Below are positions 62,815 through 64,000 of a stretch of DNA of 64,000 bases, piece after piece. The position numbers and the translations under genes are program-made. The stretch spans positions 128,001 through 192,000 of the forward strand of contig OY762007.1 in NCBI GenBank assembly GCA_963665115.1, read 5' to 3'. Every line of letters starts with the position of its first letter. Positions within the stretch are counted from its first letter, which is position 1. The notes beneath the pieces were generated by a model. The model searched no databases, had not been told where the DNA came from, and saw only the letters and a list, made by a program, of their open reading frames with translations. Origin of the DNA: an uncultured Rivularia sp. (GTDB lineage Bacteria > Cyanobacteriota > Cyanobacteriia > Cyanobacteriales > Nostocaceae).

Positions 62815-63053
62815 CAGATTTCATTCCCTTTTGCAACTCCACTATCAATTTCATTATGAAGATTATCTGGAGTAATTTCGTCAACAAGTCCCTCTAAAGT
62901 ATATTTGTTGCGTTTCTTTGGCTTCAATACCAAATTTCCATCAACAACATCAAGTTTGACTTCAGAACCTTCAGCTAAATCAATTTCTTTGGCAATGTTT
63001 TGAGGAATACGAATCGCAAGACTGTTACCCCATTTCGCAATTATTGAAAACAT
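62811..63053 (-). CDS. mazE: MazE/AbrB antitoxin
   Basis: KWGNSLAIRIP, YTLEGLV, C-terminal GNEIW; 4-nt overlap with mazF. Confidence 0.95.
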   Translation of the reverse strand: MFSIIAKWGNSLAIRIPQNIAKEIDLAEGSEVKLDVVDGNLVLKPKKRNKYTLEGLVDEITPDNLHNEIDSGVAKGNEIW

Positions 63054-63452
63054 TTTAACTAATTTGCATTATGTAGATACTATGTATATACATGATAATT
63101 CATCTATTGCACTATTTTCAACAAGTTTAAAGATATAATTCATTTTTATAAATACAATTAATTTATTCTTTAACCTTTATTTAATTTTAACTTTATATTC
63201 ACCTCCAAACTCTTTCTTTTGATAGTTGTATAATCATTTTCTCAAATAAAATAAAGCGAAATTATTAGATTAACCAATCAAAATTCAAAAATGTTGTCAA
63301 TCTTGATACATAAGCACTTATACTAGGCACGGCACTATAAAAGACTAAATACGTCAATCATCCTGCCGCGATAATTTTGCTTCATTTAATGCAGCTAATT
63401 AACGCGCATTCAATCAAGCTCTTATAGAGTAAGCAGACATACCTGTAAACTA

Positions 63453-64000
63453 ATGACGAAACAATTTCACAATCAAAGTTTACAAGTTCGCGCAAGACTA
63501 GCTAACTTATTGGGAAAGCTAAGTGGGAGAAAATTCTCATTGAAACGGCTACTCAAGCGCTGTCTTCCACTTGTATTTGCAATATCATTTTCTACGGTAT
63601 TGTTACTCGATAATTTGCAATCGGCGATCGCTCAATATCCTGCTCCATTCCCTCCCCCAGCGACTATAATTCAACCGGATATAATTCAACCGGAAATATT
63701 AAAGCCGCGACAGCTACCCCGTCAGGAAATTCGCGGGGTATGGATGAGTACTAATGATTTTAATGTTCTTAAAACTCGCGCTGGAGCCAGAGATGCTGTA
63801 ACTCAATTGCGGCGCTTGAATTTCAATACTATTTATCCCGTCGTATGGAATTCTGGTTACACTAAATTTCCTAGTTATACAGCCAAACGCGCTGGTATTC
63901 CCTTTTTCTTTAAAGGTGCGGATGGACATGATATCCTTGCAGACTTAATTACACAATCGCACCGTCAGGGTTTATTGGTACTTCCCTGGTTTGAGTTCGG
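63453..64000 (+). CDS. Glycoside hydrolase family 10-like (GHL10/YddW-type) protein, 3' truncated by the window
   Basis: Not in the ORF track. Frame open from ATG 63453 to the end: signal peptide, EIRGVWM, LNFNTIYPVVWNSGY, HRQGLLVLPWFEF. Confidence 0.88.
   Translation, partial: MTKQFHNQSLQVRARLANLLGKLSGRKFSLKRLLKRCLPLVFAISFSTVLLLDNLQSAIAQYPAPFPPPATIIQPDIIQPEILKPRQLPRQEIRGVWMSTNDFNVLKTRAGARDAVTQLRRLNFNTIYPVVWNSGYTKFPSYTAKRAGIPFFFKGADGHDILADLITQSHRQGLLVLPWFEF

Noticed and set aside
63714..63929. 71-aa minus-strand ORF
   Set aside because: Antisense to the GHL10-like gene on the plus strand.
1..64000. HIP1 (GCGATCGC) abundance and STRR heptamers as a novel signal
   Set aside because: Well-known general features of cyanobacterial genomes; used only as a taxonomic hint.

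Overview
AT-rich chromosomal DNA from a filamentous cyanobacterium. Frequent HIP1 GCGATCGC octamers, heptamer STRR runs and the gene content suggest a heterocyst-forming Nostocales strain (inference). Housekeeping genes (fbaB, argJ, gatB, murD, glyS, ubiD, putA) are interspersed with signalling genes (AAA+WD40, Ser/Thr kinase-TPR), three Rpn-family genes, MazEF, decayed fragments and many REP-like and MITE-like elements. The most striking unannotated structure lies between argJ and gatB (21921-22563): four tandem, self-contained ~54-nt small-RNA cassettes on the minus strand. Each has an extended -10 box, a conserved AGAUGCACCCUGAUG core and an intrinsic terminator. Each also has a GGG(G)-N5-(C)CCC palindrome exactly 15 bp from the -10 box that resembles the HetR-binding inverted repeat. 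Other highlights: a ~1.2 kb direct repeat (Rpn gene plus the 3' end of a YcjF-like gene) flanking a kinase/kinase/pseudo-signal-peptidase cargo; three apparent pseudoenzymes; a divergent EgtD-like methyltransferase operon; an HTH/helical-repeat regulator facing four small genes; and a TA-targeting MITE interrupting a small toxin-like gene. Seven frameshifts, including in the essential gatB and glyS, are probably sequencing errors. No CRISPR array, rRNA or tRNA was seen.
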